IMG/VR virus record: IMGVR_UViG_3300027759_000342
Coordinates: 1-28,281 of that record
From: a virus
Taxonomy: Duplodnaviria; Caudoviricetes
Length of the DNA stretch: 28,281 nt
Direction: 5' to 3' (one strand)
Part shown: one piece after another, positions 5,991 to 13,824 of the stretch
Position numbering within the stretch: position 1 is the stretch's first letter
Layout: the number at the start of each line of letters is the position of its first letter
The notes under the pieces: generated by a model
What the model was told of the DNA's origin: nothing
The model's database searches: none
The model's input: the letters and a program-made list of their open reading frames with translations, nothing else
Position numbers and translations under genes: made by a program

Positions 5991-6833
5991 ATGAGCAATC
6001 CATTTCAAATCTTAGAACCGACCTGCATCAGTTTTTCTGGTGGCAGAACCTCTGCTTACATGCTCTATAAGGTGCTAGAGGCTCACCAGATGAGCCTGCC
6101 TGAAGACGCTGTTGTCTGTTTTGCCAATACGGGTAAAGAAGACGAAGCAACCTTGAAGTTTGTCCATGACTGCTCAACCCATTGGAATGTTCCGATTGTT
6201 TGGCTTGAGTACAAGAACGCTGAAGACACCAAAGACCGTTGGACAGAGGTGACTTACGAGACAGCCAGCAGGAATGGTGAACCGTTTGAGGCTGTCATTC
6301 GCAAGAAAAACTATCTGCCAAACCCTGTTACTCGGTTTTGCACCATTGAGATGAAAATTCGCACAATTGCCAACTACCTGTTTTCTAAGGGTATGTGTGA
6401 GACACGTTCTCAAGGTGAGTACATGAGTTGGGTTGGAATCCGTGCTGATGAACCTCGCCGATCAGCAAAGATTCCGAGAGACAGAACGCCCCTGGTAACT
6501 GCTGGTGTGACCAAGGAGATTGTTGGGCAGTTTTGGAAAAACCAACCTTTTGACCTTGAGCTGCCAAACATCAATGGTGTGACCTACCACGGTAACTGTG
6601 ACCTGTGTTTTTTGAAAGGTACTAGCCAAACCATGAGCCTTATCCAAGAAAAGCCTGATCGGGCTATTTGGTGGGCAAAGATGGAGCAAGAAGCCAAAAC
6701 ATTTTGTGACAAGACATCAGGTCAAGTCTTTAGACAAGACCGTGCTGGCTATGCCCAAATGATGGAATACGCCAAAGACCAGACAGACTTCTTTGGCAAC
6801 GATGAAACTATTCCCTGCTTTTGTGGTGATTGA
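5991..6833 (+). CDS. PAPS-reductase/DndC-like PP-loop protein with C-terminal Cys cluster
   Basis: SFSGGRTS PP-loop, FANTGKE, RFCT, GIRADEPRR, GNCDLCFLK and terminal CFCGD. Confidence 0.88.
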   Translation: MSNPFQILEPTCISFSGGRTSAYMLYKVLEAHQMSLPEDAVVCFANTGKEDEATLKFVHDCSTHWNVPIVWLEYKNAEDTKDRWTEVTYETASRNGEPFEAVIRKKNYLPNPVTRFCTIEMKIRTIANYLFSKGMCETRSQGEYMSWVGIRADEPRRSAKIPRDRTPLVTAGVTKEIVGQFWKNQPFDLELPNINGVTYHGNCDLCFLKGTSQTMSLIQEKPDRAIWWAKMEQEAKTFCDKTSGQVFRQDRAGYAQMMEYAKDQTDFFGNDETIPCFCGD

Positions 6834-6834
6834 C

Positions 6835-7167
6835 ATGAAAGGTCATCAACCACTTATCCAGATGAGGATGGCTGGTAAAGCTCCTCAATCTATCTCCATT
6901 GAAGACCACAAGTCTTTGAACGCCCATGATTGGCATCTCTTTGGTGACATTCCCTGCATCAATGTCGATGGTGATGAACTTCACTCCATTGACCTCCGGT
7001 TTTGTGTTGACCTCATTGTTAACATCAGCAGCTTTTCCGAAACAAGAGCAAAAACGCTATTAACCATTGCTAAACAATCAAAAGCAAGGGTAATCACTAG
7101 TTGTGTACTAATTCCGAATGCTCCACACTGGAAGCAGACAGGTTGGTCAGAAATATACACATCATGA
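6835..7167 (+). CDS. Hypothetical protein preceding the helicase
   Basis: MKGHQPLIQMRMAGKAP…IDLRFCVDL, coupled by ATGA to the helicase. Confidence 0.7.
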   Translation: MKGHQPLIQMRMAGKAPQSISIEDHKSLNAHDWHLFGDIPCINVDGDELHSIDLRFCVDLIVNISSFSETRAKTLLTIAKQSKARVITSCVLIPNAPHWKQTGWSEIYTS

Positions 7168-8144
7168 TTATCAGTAACGACACAGTAAATTTTTCTCTTT
7201 ACATGAAAGAGACAGATGCCCAGGCTAAGGTCAAGAGTGCCTTTATCTATGCTGAAGCACTGAAAAACAAGTTGCGTCTGAAGAAGACGGTTAACCCCAT
7301 TGTTCTGCCTTGGATTGGACAGAAGGACAACTTTGAGTTTCGCAAAGGTGAGGTGACTCTATGGGCAGGACAGAACAGCTCTGGTAAGTCCTTGGTGACC
7401 TCTCAGATTGCTTTGTCCTTGATGGGCCAAGGTGAGAAAGTAGCTATTGCGTCTTTTGAGATGAAGCCTGTAACGACCTTACAGCGTATGGCAAGGATGT
7501 GGATAGGCATGAACCCTATGGCTCCTGAGTTCCAGACTGAGGAAGGCTTTAAATCCATTGACGACCTGTTTGACCAGTTCAGCTATTGGTCTGACGACAA
7601 GCTGTGGCTGTATGACCAAATGGGTGCTGTATCTCAGGACCTGATCATTGGGATGTGCAGGTACTGTGCAAAGGAACTTGGCATCCATCACATCTTCATC
7701 GACAACTTGGCAACATGTGTGATGGGTGAAGACGATATGTCTGGTCAAAAGAACTTTGTTTCCGAGTTGATCAACATTGCTCGTGACTACAACGTCCATG
7801 TCCACTTGATTCACCATTTGCGTAAACCAGCAAACGAATATGCCATGCCCAACAAGTACGACACCAAAGGATCTGGTGCGATTGTTGACCTTGTGGACAA
7901 CGTATGGATGGTTTGGCGTAACAAGGAAAAGGAAGACGAGGTTAAGGATGTTGGAAGAGCTTCACCAAAGTACAACGATTCTGACCAGCTATTGCTTTGC
8001 AGGAAGCAGCGTAACTATGAGGGTTCAGGTAATGGTGAACCTACTGTGAAGCTGTGGTTTCTGCCTGATGCACAGACTTATGTTGAAAGACAAGGTGATG
8101 AACCAATGTTCTTCCCTAACTGGCCCCACACACGATCAGGGTAA
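7164..8144 (+). CDS. DnaB/T7 gp4-like replicative helicase (no primase domain)
   Basis: Walker A AGQNSSGKS, SFEM, Walker B HIFIDNL, HHLRK, KGSGAIVDLVDN and KQRN motifs. Confidence 0.92.
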   Translation: MIISNDTVNFSLYMKETDAQAKVKSAFIYAEALKNKLRLKKTVNPIVLPWIGQKDNFEFRKGEVTLWAGQNSSGKSLVTSQIALSLMGQGEKVAIASFEMKPVTTLQRMARMWIGMNPMAPEFQTEEGFKSIDDLFDQFSYWSDDKLWLYDQMGAVSQDLIIGMCRYCAKELGIHHIFIDNLATCVMGEDDMSGQKNFVSELINIARDYNVHVHLIHHLRKPANEYAMPNKYDTKGSGAIVDLVDNVWMVWRNKEKEDEVKDVGRASPKYNDSDQLLLCRKQRNYEGSGNGEPTVKLWFLPDAQTYVERQGDEPMFFPNWPHTRSG

Positions 8145-8150
8145 ACACTG

Positions 8151-8363
8151 ATGTACGAGTACAAGAAAAAGCAATCAAATCAAGGTGACCGAGTTCAAAT
8201 CGAACAAGGTGAAGCAAGAGTAATATTTCACTCCTGGCAAACAACTCAAGACAACATGTTTGTCAGAGCAATGCTGGAAAGAGCAGAAAAAATGTATGGC
8301 ATGGGTGCAAAGGAGAGGATCAGATCCTACCTAACCCAAATGAAAGAAGGAACACTTGAATGA
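8151..8363 (+). CDS. Hypothetical protein
   Basis: 70-aa ORF within the operon. Confidence 0.7.
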   Translation: MYEYKKKQSNQGDRVQIEQGEARVIFHSWQTTQDNMFVRAMLERAEKMYGMGAKERIRSYLTQMKEGTLE

Positions 8364-8500
8364 CATGGCTTAAAAATCTTGCAGATTTAATTGCTCAATG
8401 GTGTTTGAAAAAAGCTAAAAAATGCCCTGACATTTCTGCAAAAGAATTTGATCAATGGAAAAAAGATTACAAAAAAGATTTTGAAAAGGAATTTAAATGA
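8360..8500 (+). CDS. 46-aa AT-rich hypothetical protein (MTWLKNLADL…KEFK)
   Basis: Read by hand. ATGA overlaps at both ends, flanked by an AATGACATGGC direct repeat. Confidence 0.6.
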   Translation: MTWLKNLADLIAQWCLKKAKKCPDISAKEFDQWKKDYKKDFEKEFK

Positions 8501-8592
8501 CATGGCCTTTCCCACCATTCCCAAACCCTAAAGACACGGGTAACCGAGTCCCAAAGTTCAATCCTGACAACCATGAGGAGTCACCACTGTGA
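8497..8592 (+). CDS. 31-aa Pro-rich peptide (MTWPFPPFPNPK…EESPL)
   Basis: Read by hand. AAGGA RBS, ATGA and GTGA overlaps. Confidence 0.6.
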   Translation: MTWPFPPFPNPKDTGNRVPKFNPDNHEESPL

Positions 8593-9110
8593 ACAAAGAC
8601 GAAGCATTGGACTTGGCGCTGGAGGCGCTGGAGATTTGCGAACAGGACGGCTATATACCAGTCCGCCTTACCCGAGATTCCATCACCGCCATCAAGCAAG
8701 CCCGTTCAGCAACTGTGCAGGAGCCTGTGGCGTGGGTGCGTGAGCACGAATTGCCGCTTGCACCGGGTGATGCTTTCAGTTGGGTGGAGACCTTTGTTCA
8801 TAAAACACCACTCTACATGCACCCAGCACCCGCAGCGCCTGTACAGGAGCCTGTTCACCAGTGGCGGCAAAAGCATTCACCGTACTGGTATGACGGTTAT
8901 CCAGACAACGATGATGGTGGAGGCCCTTACGAAACTCGTATCTTGTACACCACCCCACCCGCAGCACAGCGGCAATGGGTTGGGCTGACGGATGAGGAGA
9001 TTTCTGAGGCATATAACGCCGCATCCCGGAAAGCGTTGTACGGCATGGGACCCACGCGAGTGGATGTGTACGAAGCCATCGAATCCAAACTCAAGGAGAA
9101 GAATACATGA
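8589..9110 (+). CDS. Modular accessory protein (QEPVAW…LYTxP…WVGLTDEE…KLKEKNT type)
   Basis: Two QEPV modules, with DNA repeat CTGTRCAGGAGCCTGT at 8713 and 8839. More GC-rich than its flanks. GAGGAG RBS. Confidence 0.8.
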   Translation: MNKDEALDLALEALEICEQDGYIPVRLTRDSITAIKQARSATVQEPVAWVREHELPLAPGDAFSWVETFVHKTPLYMHPAPAAPVQEPVHQWRQKHSPYWYDGYPDNDDGGGPYETRILYTTPPAAQRQWVGLTDEEISEAYNAASRKALYGMGPTRVDVYEAIESKLKEKNT

Positions 9111-9262
9111 ACGGAAACTGCAACACATGCGACATTGAAGACCAGTGCGGCTACGAGTACAAACCTTGTGACTGTTGCGATTACCGCAAGTTCAAACCGA
9201 AACCGCCGCAGCCAGCGCAAGTCATTCTGTTCCCAGCCAAACTCAAGGAGAAGAACACATGA
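9085..9262 (+). repeat. 26-bp direct repeat CCAAACTCAAGGAGAAGAAYACATGA (9085-9110, 9237-9262) at gene junctions
   Basis: 25/26 identical. Contains the SD (AAGGAG) and the ATGA stop/start. Confidence 0.9.
9107..9262 (+). CDS. 51-aa Cys-rich protein (MNGNCNTC…CDCCDY…KLKEKNT)
   Basis: Read by hand. Lies exactly between the two repeat copies, with SD and ATGA coupling. Confidence 0.7.
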   Translation: MNGNCNTCDIEDQCGYEYKPCDCCDYRKFKPKPPQPAQVILFPAKLKEKNT

Positions 9263-9381
9263 CTCAATGTAAACACCGCTGGATACTGACTCCATCACCA
9301 CATCGCACTCAGTACCACTACCAATGCGCTAAGTGCAATGAAACGGCTTGGGCTACGTTGAAAGCAAAGAATGAGGCCTGA
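9259..9381 (+). CDS. 40-aa Zn-finger-like peptide (CKHRW…CAKC)
   Basis: AAGGAG RBS from the repeat, CxH…CxxC. Confidence 0.65.
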   Translation: MTQCKHRWILTPSPHRTQYHYQCAKCNETAWATLKAKNEA

Positions 9382-9562
9382 TAGTCCTTGCATAGCAGTC
9401 TGTACCACCTTGTATGACGAGGTGTGTAAGGGCTGTGGCAGAACCTACATGGAAGTTGCTTTGTGGAACGAGATGAGCCAGTACGACAAAGAGCAGATCT
9501 GGAAACGTATAGACAAAGAAGCAACAGCCTGGAGATACAACCGATACAAGGACAGGACATGA
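9371..9562 (+). CDS. DUF1289-family Cys-rich protein
   Basis: SPCIAVC…VCKGCGRT..EV..W signature. Confidence 0.85.
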   Translation: MRPDSPCIAVCTTLYDEVCKGCGRTYMEVALWNEMSQYDKEQIWKRIDKEATAWRYNRYKDRT

Positions 9563-9987
9563 CGTTCCAAGTGATTTTTCAAGTTGATGGAACACCAGTA
9601 CCCAAGGGTCGTCCAAGGTTTGCTAGACGAGGCAAGTTTGTCTCAACTTACAGTCCCAAGACCACTGTTGACTACGAAACCAAGGTTTCTGATGCTGCCA
9701 AACAAGCAATGGGGTCACAGAAGCCCTTAGAAGGCCCTGTAGTGGCCTGTATCTACATTACCCTACCCATCCCAGCGTCATACAGCAAAAAGCGATTTAA
9801 CGCCTGTTTATCAGGTGAAGAGCGTCCAACTAAAAGAAGTGACATTGATAACTTCTGCAAAGCAATCTTTGACGGTATGAATGGGATTGTGTTTACTGAT
9901 GACAGTCAGGTGGTGTCTCTACACGCAACAAAAGTTTATGGAAGTTTAGGCATGGTTGAAGTGATGGTGCAGGAACATCTCCTATAG
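9559..9987 (+). CDS. rusA: RusA-family Holliday junction resolvase
   Basis: PVPKGRPRF…DIDNFCKAIFDGMNGIVFTDDSQV. Start at ATG 9559. Confidence 0.9.
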   Translation: MTFQVIFQVDGTPVPKGRPRFARRGKFVSTYSPKTTVDYETKVSDAAKQAMGSQKPLEGPVVACIYITLPIPASYSKKRFNACLSGEERPTKRSDIDNFCKAIFDGMNGIVFTDDSQVVSLHATKVYGSLGMVEVMVQEHLL

Positions 9988-10028
9988 GGTTTGTCCTAGT
10001 ACCAATCAAGTTGATTGACAGGCAAAAT
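9985..10028 (+). promoter_or_regulatory. Palindromic site TAGGGTTTGTCCTA, palindrome CAATCAAGTTGATTG and putative -10 CAAAAT
   Basis: The -10 lies 31.5 bp from the site centre, the same geometry as at 4268 and 14749. Confidence 0.5.
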
Positions 10029-10050
10029 CTGTTTTTCAATTGGAGAAAAC

Positions 10051-10527
10051 ATGAGGAAAAAAAGTAAATACAAACCCCGTCCTGTTCGGACAGACAACCT
10101 GAATTGGATTCTTGCTGGTATGAAAAAGGTAGGAACACTACCTACTGCTGGTATAGCACTGAAGCTAAAGAACCATGAAGCCTTGGAATCTATTCTTAGA
10201 GGACAAGGAACAAAACATGATGTGGATGTGCTGATCAATGCTTTGAACATGGCAGAAGCTATGGTCCGTATCAGAGATGATTTAGGTGCTGATTGGGCAA
10301 CAGAGATCAGAGCAGCCCAGGATGCTATTTACACAATGGCTAAACGTGGTGTTGAGAAAGGTAGTTTTGCCTTTACAGGACCAGAGATGACTGCTTTGAA
10401 GCTGGTGATGGATGTTCATGATGCCCAGCTAGACGACTGTACGGTCAAAGAGATGGAAAGGGCTTTGTACATTGTTGCTGAAGAGATCCGTCTAAAGAAG
10501 TGCCGACCAATAGTGGAGATGGCGTGA
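10051..10527 (+). CDS. Hypothetical phage protein (MRKKSKYKPRPV…)
   Basis: GGAG RBS before ATG 10051, 158 aa. Confidence 0.8.
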   Translation: MRKKSKYKPRPVRTDNLNWILAGMKKVGTLPTAGIALKLKNHEALESILRGQGTKHDVDVLINALNMAEAMVRIRDDLGADWATEIRAAQDAIYTMAKRGVEKGSFAFTGPEMTALKLVMDVHDAQLDDCTVKEMERALYIVAEEIRLKKCRPIVEMA

Positions 10528-10799
10528 TGGACGATCCATACCACTACGAAAAGCCAGAGTGGTTGGTACTCAAGCAAAGAGAACACAACCGCAAGTTAAG
10601 AGAAAAGCGACTTGGTAGGCCAATAGGCACTTGGGGTGGTAAACGTCAGGGTGCTGGATTAAAGAAAAAGACAGAAGAACCCAAATACACCAACCTTGTC
10701 GCATTAACTCTAAACAGTATCCAAAAGCAATTACTCATAGAAATGGGTAATGGGAATATAGATACTGGAGTACAGAATTTAATCAACGAACACATTTGA
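10527..10799 (+). CDS. Small putative DNA-binding protein (WGGKRQGAG motif)
   Basis: GGxRxGAG AT-hook-like motif followed by a possible ribbon-helix-helix. TGATG coupling. Confidence 0.7.
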   Translation: MDDPYHYEKPEWLVLKQREHNRKLREKRLGRPIGTWGGKRQGAGLKKKTEEPKYTNLVALTLNSIQKQLLIEMGNGNIDTGVQNLINEHI

Positions 10800-10808
10800 A
10801 AGCAATGT

Positions 10809-11009
10809 ATGAAATGGAAAGCAAAAGTAGAAATTCCATTTACTGGTCAAGTCAGACATCGCAGAGTGTTTGCTTGGAAAAGAACAAAAGTTGGTGATTA
10901 CATTGTCTGGCTTGAGTTTTATGGCATAGAGGAGAGATTTTTTATGTCTGTAACTGGAAATGGATGGTGGACTCAATCAAAAAAGTACACCCTTGAATAC
11001 ATGTATTGA
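10809..11009 (+). CDS. Hypothetical protein
   Basis: 66 aa, FAW…VWLEFY pattern. Confidence 0.65.
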   Translation: MKWKAKVEIPFTGQVRHRRVFAWKRTKVGDYIVWLEFYGIEERFFMSVTGNGWWTQSKKYTLEYMY

Positions 11010-11034
11010 AAGAAAAAAATGGAACTGGTAAAAT
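11006..11034 (+). promoter_or_regulatory. Sigma70 promoter TTGAAA-17-TAAAAT with TGn extension
   Basis: Near-consensus hexamers and exact 17-bp spacer, ending ~5 nt before the RNA element. Confidence 0.75.
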
Positions 11035-11038
11035 TGTG

Positions 11039-11092
11039 GCACTGACTACCTTTAGCGGGGGAAAAGGCGATTCGTTACCGCCCTGTCAGTGC
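11039..11092 (+). ncRNA. C4/CI-like antisense RNA (three-way junction)
   Basis: Closing stem GCACTGAC/GTCAGTGC, small CCT-TTAGC-GGG hairpin, and GGCG-ATTCGTTAC-CGCC hairpin. The loop is complementary to GTAACG (11099-11104) and TAACGA (11115-11120) downstream. Confidence 0.7.
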
Positions 11093-11128
11093 TCTTCTGT
11101 AACGCTTCCACCAATAACGAGGTGCGAC

Positions 11129-11605
11129 ATGTTGACTTTTGAAAAAGTAAATTCCGTCTTTGAATACAGGGATGGGTTGATATACAAAAAACTGAAATCT
11201 GGCGTTGTGTCAAGCAGATCATCTGGAACTGCCACTAGCAATGGATATGCAAAGGTGGGCATAGACGGTAAAAGTTATTTGGTTCATCGAGTCATCTATT
11301 TGATGCAACACAAATTTTTGCCAGATTTTATTGATCACATCGACAACAACCCATTGAACAACAAAATTGAAAATTTGAGGGCTTGTTCAAGGGGGCAGAA
11401 CAAGATGAATGCAAGAAAGCACAAATCAAATAGATCTGGGCATAAAGGCGTTTCATTTCATAAGAAGTCACAGAAGTGGATTGTTGAAGTTCAAGTAAAC
11501 AAAGTAAGAAAGTACTTGGGAATTTATTCGGACTTTGATCTTGCTTGTCTTGTGTCCGATGAGGCAAGAAATTTATATCACAAGGAATTTTCAAATCATG
11601 ATTGA
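11129..11605 (+). CDS. HNH homing endonuclease with C-terminal AP2-like domain
   Basis: VHRVIY…IDHIDNNPLNNKIENLR and SGHKGVSFHKKSQKW…YLG. GAGGTG RBS before ATG 11129. Confidence 0.9.
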   Translation: MLTFEKVNSVFEYRDGLIYKKLKSGVVSSRSSGTATSNGYAKVGIDGKSYLVHRVIYLMQHKFLPDFIDHIDNNPLNNKIENLRACSRGQNKMNARKHKSNRSGHKGVSFHKKSQKWIVEVQVNKVRKYLGIYSDFDLACLVSDEARNLYHKEFSNHD

Positions 11606-11927
11606 GATAAACCCTGAGAAAGCCATTCGTTACATCCAAGAGCATGCAGAGAAATATGCAAAAGCAAAAGGTGATGTAGCGTACACAGAGAATTACCTGA
11701 AGGTGGTTAAGTCACAACAGATGAACAAGAGTGAATCTAGCTCTCTTGGTCAACGAGAAGCAGATGCCTATGCAAGTGCTGAGTACAAAGAATCCATCAC
11801 TGCCCATAAACAAGCCATTGAAGAAGAAGCGCACCTGAAGTGGATGCTGACAGCAGCACAGGCAAGGATAGAAGTGTGGAAGACACAGGAATACTCCAAA
11901 CGCTCTGAGATGCGGAACTTGGGATGA
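11598..11927 (+). CDS. Helical phage protein, possibly UvsY-like recombination mediator
   Basis: YAKAKG…READAYASAEY…LKWML.AAQARIEVW. The family assignment is tentative. Confidence 0.65.
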   Translation: MIEINPEKAIRYIQEHAEKYAKAKGDVAYTENYLKVVKSQQMNKSESSSLGQREADAYASAEYKESITAHKQAIEEEAHLKWMLTAAQARIEVWKTQEYSKRSEMRNLG

Positions 11928-12589
11928 AAGTAATTCCAATTCAATCTTATGAGGTAGAGCCTTGGCTGTTGCACAAGCATTACGCCAAACGCATACCTTC
12001 AATTAGCTATGCTTTTGGATTGTTTGAAGACGGTAATTTGGTTGGTGTTTGCACATATGGAACGCCATCATCAGCACCTTTGCGAGACGGCATAGCAGGT
12101 CCAGAAAATGCCAAATATGTGCTGGAATTAAATCGCTTGTGTGTGGACACAAAGATAAAAAACGCAGCTTCCATGCTGGTTGGCAGAAGCCTTCAAATGT
12201 TGCCAAAACCATCTATTGTCGTCAGCTATGCCGATACAGAACAAGAACATGTTGGATATGTCTATCAGGCTTGCAATTTCACTTACACAGGTTTAAGCGC
12301 CAAGCGTACCGATTGGAAGATTAAAGGAATGGAGCAATTACATGGGCAGACTATTGCCGACATGAGTCGAGGTTGCGAAGGATCAAGAGCGGACTTCATG
12401 CGCAACAAATTTGGTGATGATTTTTATTTGGAAGATAGAGCCAGAAAGCATCGTTATATTTTTGTAACAGGCAAAAATAAACAATTAAAACAATTAATAA
12501 AATATAAACACGAGCCATATCCAAAAGGCGAAAGCAAAAAATACGATGCTGGCGGCAAAGTTGTAACTCAAGCACTTTTGTTTTTATGA
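11924..12589 (+). CDS. mom: Mom-like (GNAT-fold) DNA modification protein
   Basis: HY…FGLF…GVCTYG.P…LELNRL…VVSYAD..Q.HVGYVYQACNF.YTG matches the Mu Mom-like motif order. Confidence 0.8.
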   Translation: MKVIPIQSYEVEPWLLHKHYAKRIPSISYAFGLFEDGNLVGVCTYGTPSSAPLRDGIAGPENAKYVLELNRLCVDTKIKNAASMLVGRSLQMLPKPSIVVSYADTEQEHVGYVYQACNFTYTGLSAKRTDWKIKGMEQLHGQTIADMSRGCEGSRADFMRNKFGDDFYLEDRARKHRYIFVTGKNKQLKQLIKYKHEPYPKGESKKYDAGGKVVTQALLFL

Positions 12590-12852
12590 ACAACAAGCTG
12601 AATGCCAAAGAGAGGTTGCATCTGGCTAGGGTCAAGGAGCTACCCTGCTCTGTATGTGATGCACCTGGTCCAAGTGATGCACACCATGTAAAACAGGGTT
12701 TGCAGTACACTTGCATAGCATTGTGTAAAGATTGTCATCAAGGTAGTTTTCTTGGTTGGCATGGACAAAAAAGAGCATGGTCTATCCGTAAAATGGATGA
12801 AATCGATGCTTTAAATAAAACCATTGAAAGGTTGATCAATGAACTACGGTGA
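12586..12852 (+). CDS. Ref/DUF968-like Zn-binding HNH-type protein
   Basis: HLARVKELPCSVC…DAHH…IALCKDCHQG. Confidence 0.75.
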   Translation: MNNKLNAKERLHLARVKELPCSVCDAPGPSDAHHVKQGLQYTCIALCKDCHQGSFLGWHGQKRAWSIRKMDEIDALNKTIERLINELR

Positions 12853-13195
12853 ATTCTTGTTGACGTTGATGCACTCATCGACCAACACACAGATCCTGCA
12901 TCGCCAAACAAAGAGCTATGCAGAGCATGTTGCCTTGGGTGAGTTCTATGAAGCCATCATTCCCTTGGTAGACACTCTTACAGAGGCTATTCAGGGCTTA
13001 GAAGGCGAGATCATTGATTACCCTGTGGACTACTATGGCCCAGCAGCCAGTGGCCTTGAAGAGCTTGAACATCTAAAAGACTACGTTACTGAAGAGCGCA
13101 ACAACCTGCCAGCCAACAGTGAGATCCAAAATATTGTTGACGAAATCGCTGATTTGATTAACAGTACCCTGTACAAGTTGCGTTTCCTGAAGTGA
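12839..13195 (+). CDS. Ferritin/Dps-like four-helix protein (DUF5856-like)
   Basis: LH.QT.SYAEH.ALGEFYE…D.L.EA.QG…IQNIVDEI…TLYKL. Confidence 0.8.
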   Translation: MNYGEFLLTLMHSSTNTQILHRQTKSYAEHVALGEFYEAIIPLVDTLTEAIQGLEGEIIDYPVDYYGPAASGLEELEHLKDYVTEERNNLPANSEIQNIVDEIADLINSTLYKLRFLK

Positions 13196-13216
13196 GTTTC
13201 CTTGGGATGAGAACTT

Positions 13217-13243
13217 AGACCTCCGATTGGGGGTCTTTTTTTT
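13217..13243 (+). terminator. Intrinsic terminator of the rightward operon
   Basis: AGACCTCC-GATT-GGGGGTCT followed by a T-run. Confidence 0.85.
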
Positions 13244-13408
13244 GGCAAAAAACCTGTGGAAATTGACAAATAGCCTGGTCAACAAAAACAGAGGTCCAAA
13301 AAAATTGACCGGGGGGGGTCTTTTTATTTCTACAGAAAGGCTCTGTGACAGGTCAGCGGAGGGCCATCAAGGGGGGTTCCGAGGGGGATGACTAGGGGTT
13401 TACCCCCA

Positions 13409-13506
13409 TAGATCGCATAGAATCGCCTACAATCGCACAATGCACATGCCCTTGCCATAGGTACTATGCACCCCGAATAACGCCTCAAAACGCCTTTAAA
13501 TGGCCT
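13409..13506. repeat. Helically phased short repeats (ATCGC at 13412/13422/13432; AACGCCT at 13479/13489)
   Basis: Exact 10-bp periodicity, read directly. Confidence 0.7.
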
Positions 13507-13597
13507 TCTTGACGGTTTGCCAATGCATCCAGACGCTTACACCCCCACAGATAACAGCCCACAAATGATAGTAAGCACTCACTAACTTAACAAACCC

Positions 13598-13621
13598 AAA
13601 AAAACCCGGAACGAATCCGGG
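13598..13621 (-). terminator. Intrinsic terminator of the leftward early operon
   Basis: Minus strand CCCGGA-TTCGT-TCCGGG followed by T7. Confidence 0.85.
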
Positions 13622-13639
13622 ATTCTTTGAAATTGTCAG

Positions 13640-13816
13640 TTAGATACTGTCAACAAGTACCCAAAAAAAGTCAGGCTTAACGCTTCGCCACTGTTTAGGG
13701 TTATCACATGAATGAACGATTAAGCCCAATTCATGTACGCCAGTGACTGTCCAGAGGGTCACATTGTCAATTGTGGTGATGACCCCTACTTGTCCAATTT
13801 GATTTTCTATGTGCAT
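13640..13816 (-). CDS. 58-aa hypothetical protein (MHIENQIGQVGVI…FWVLVDSI)
   Basis: Read by hand. Ends just before the terminator. Confidence 0.7.
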   Translation of the reverse strand: MHIENQIGQVGVITTIDNVTLWTVTGVHELGLIVHSCDNPKQWRSVKPDFFWVLVDSI

Positions 13817-13824
13817 ATGTTCTT

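Noticed and set aside
11039-11092. Possible tRNA
   Set aside because: Only two internal hairpins, no TΨC (GTTCRA) arm, and too short.
11006-11128. N-terminal extension of the HNH ORF from TTG 11006
   Set aside because: That TTG is the -35 hexamer and the extension spans the promoter and RNA structure. The real start is ATG 11129 with a GAGGTG SD.
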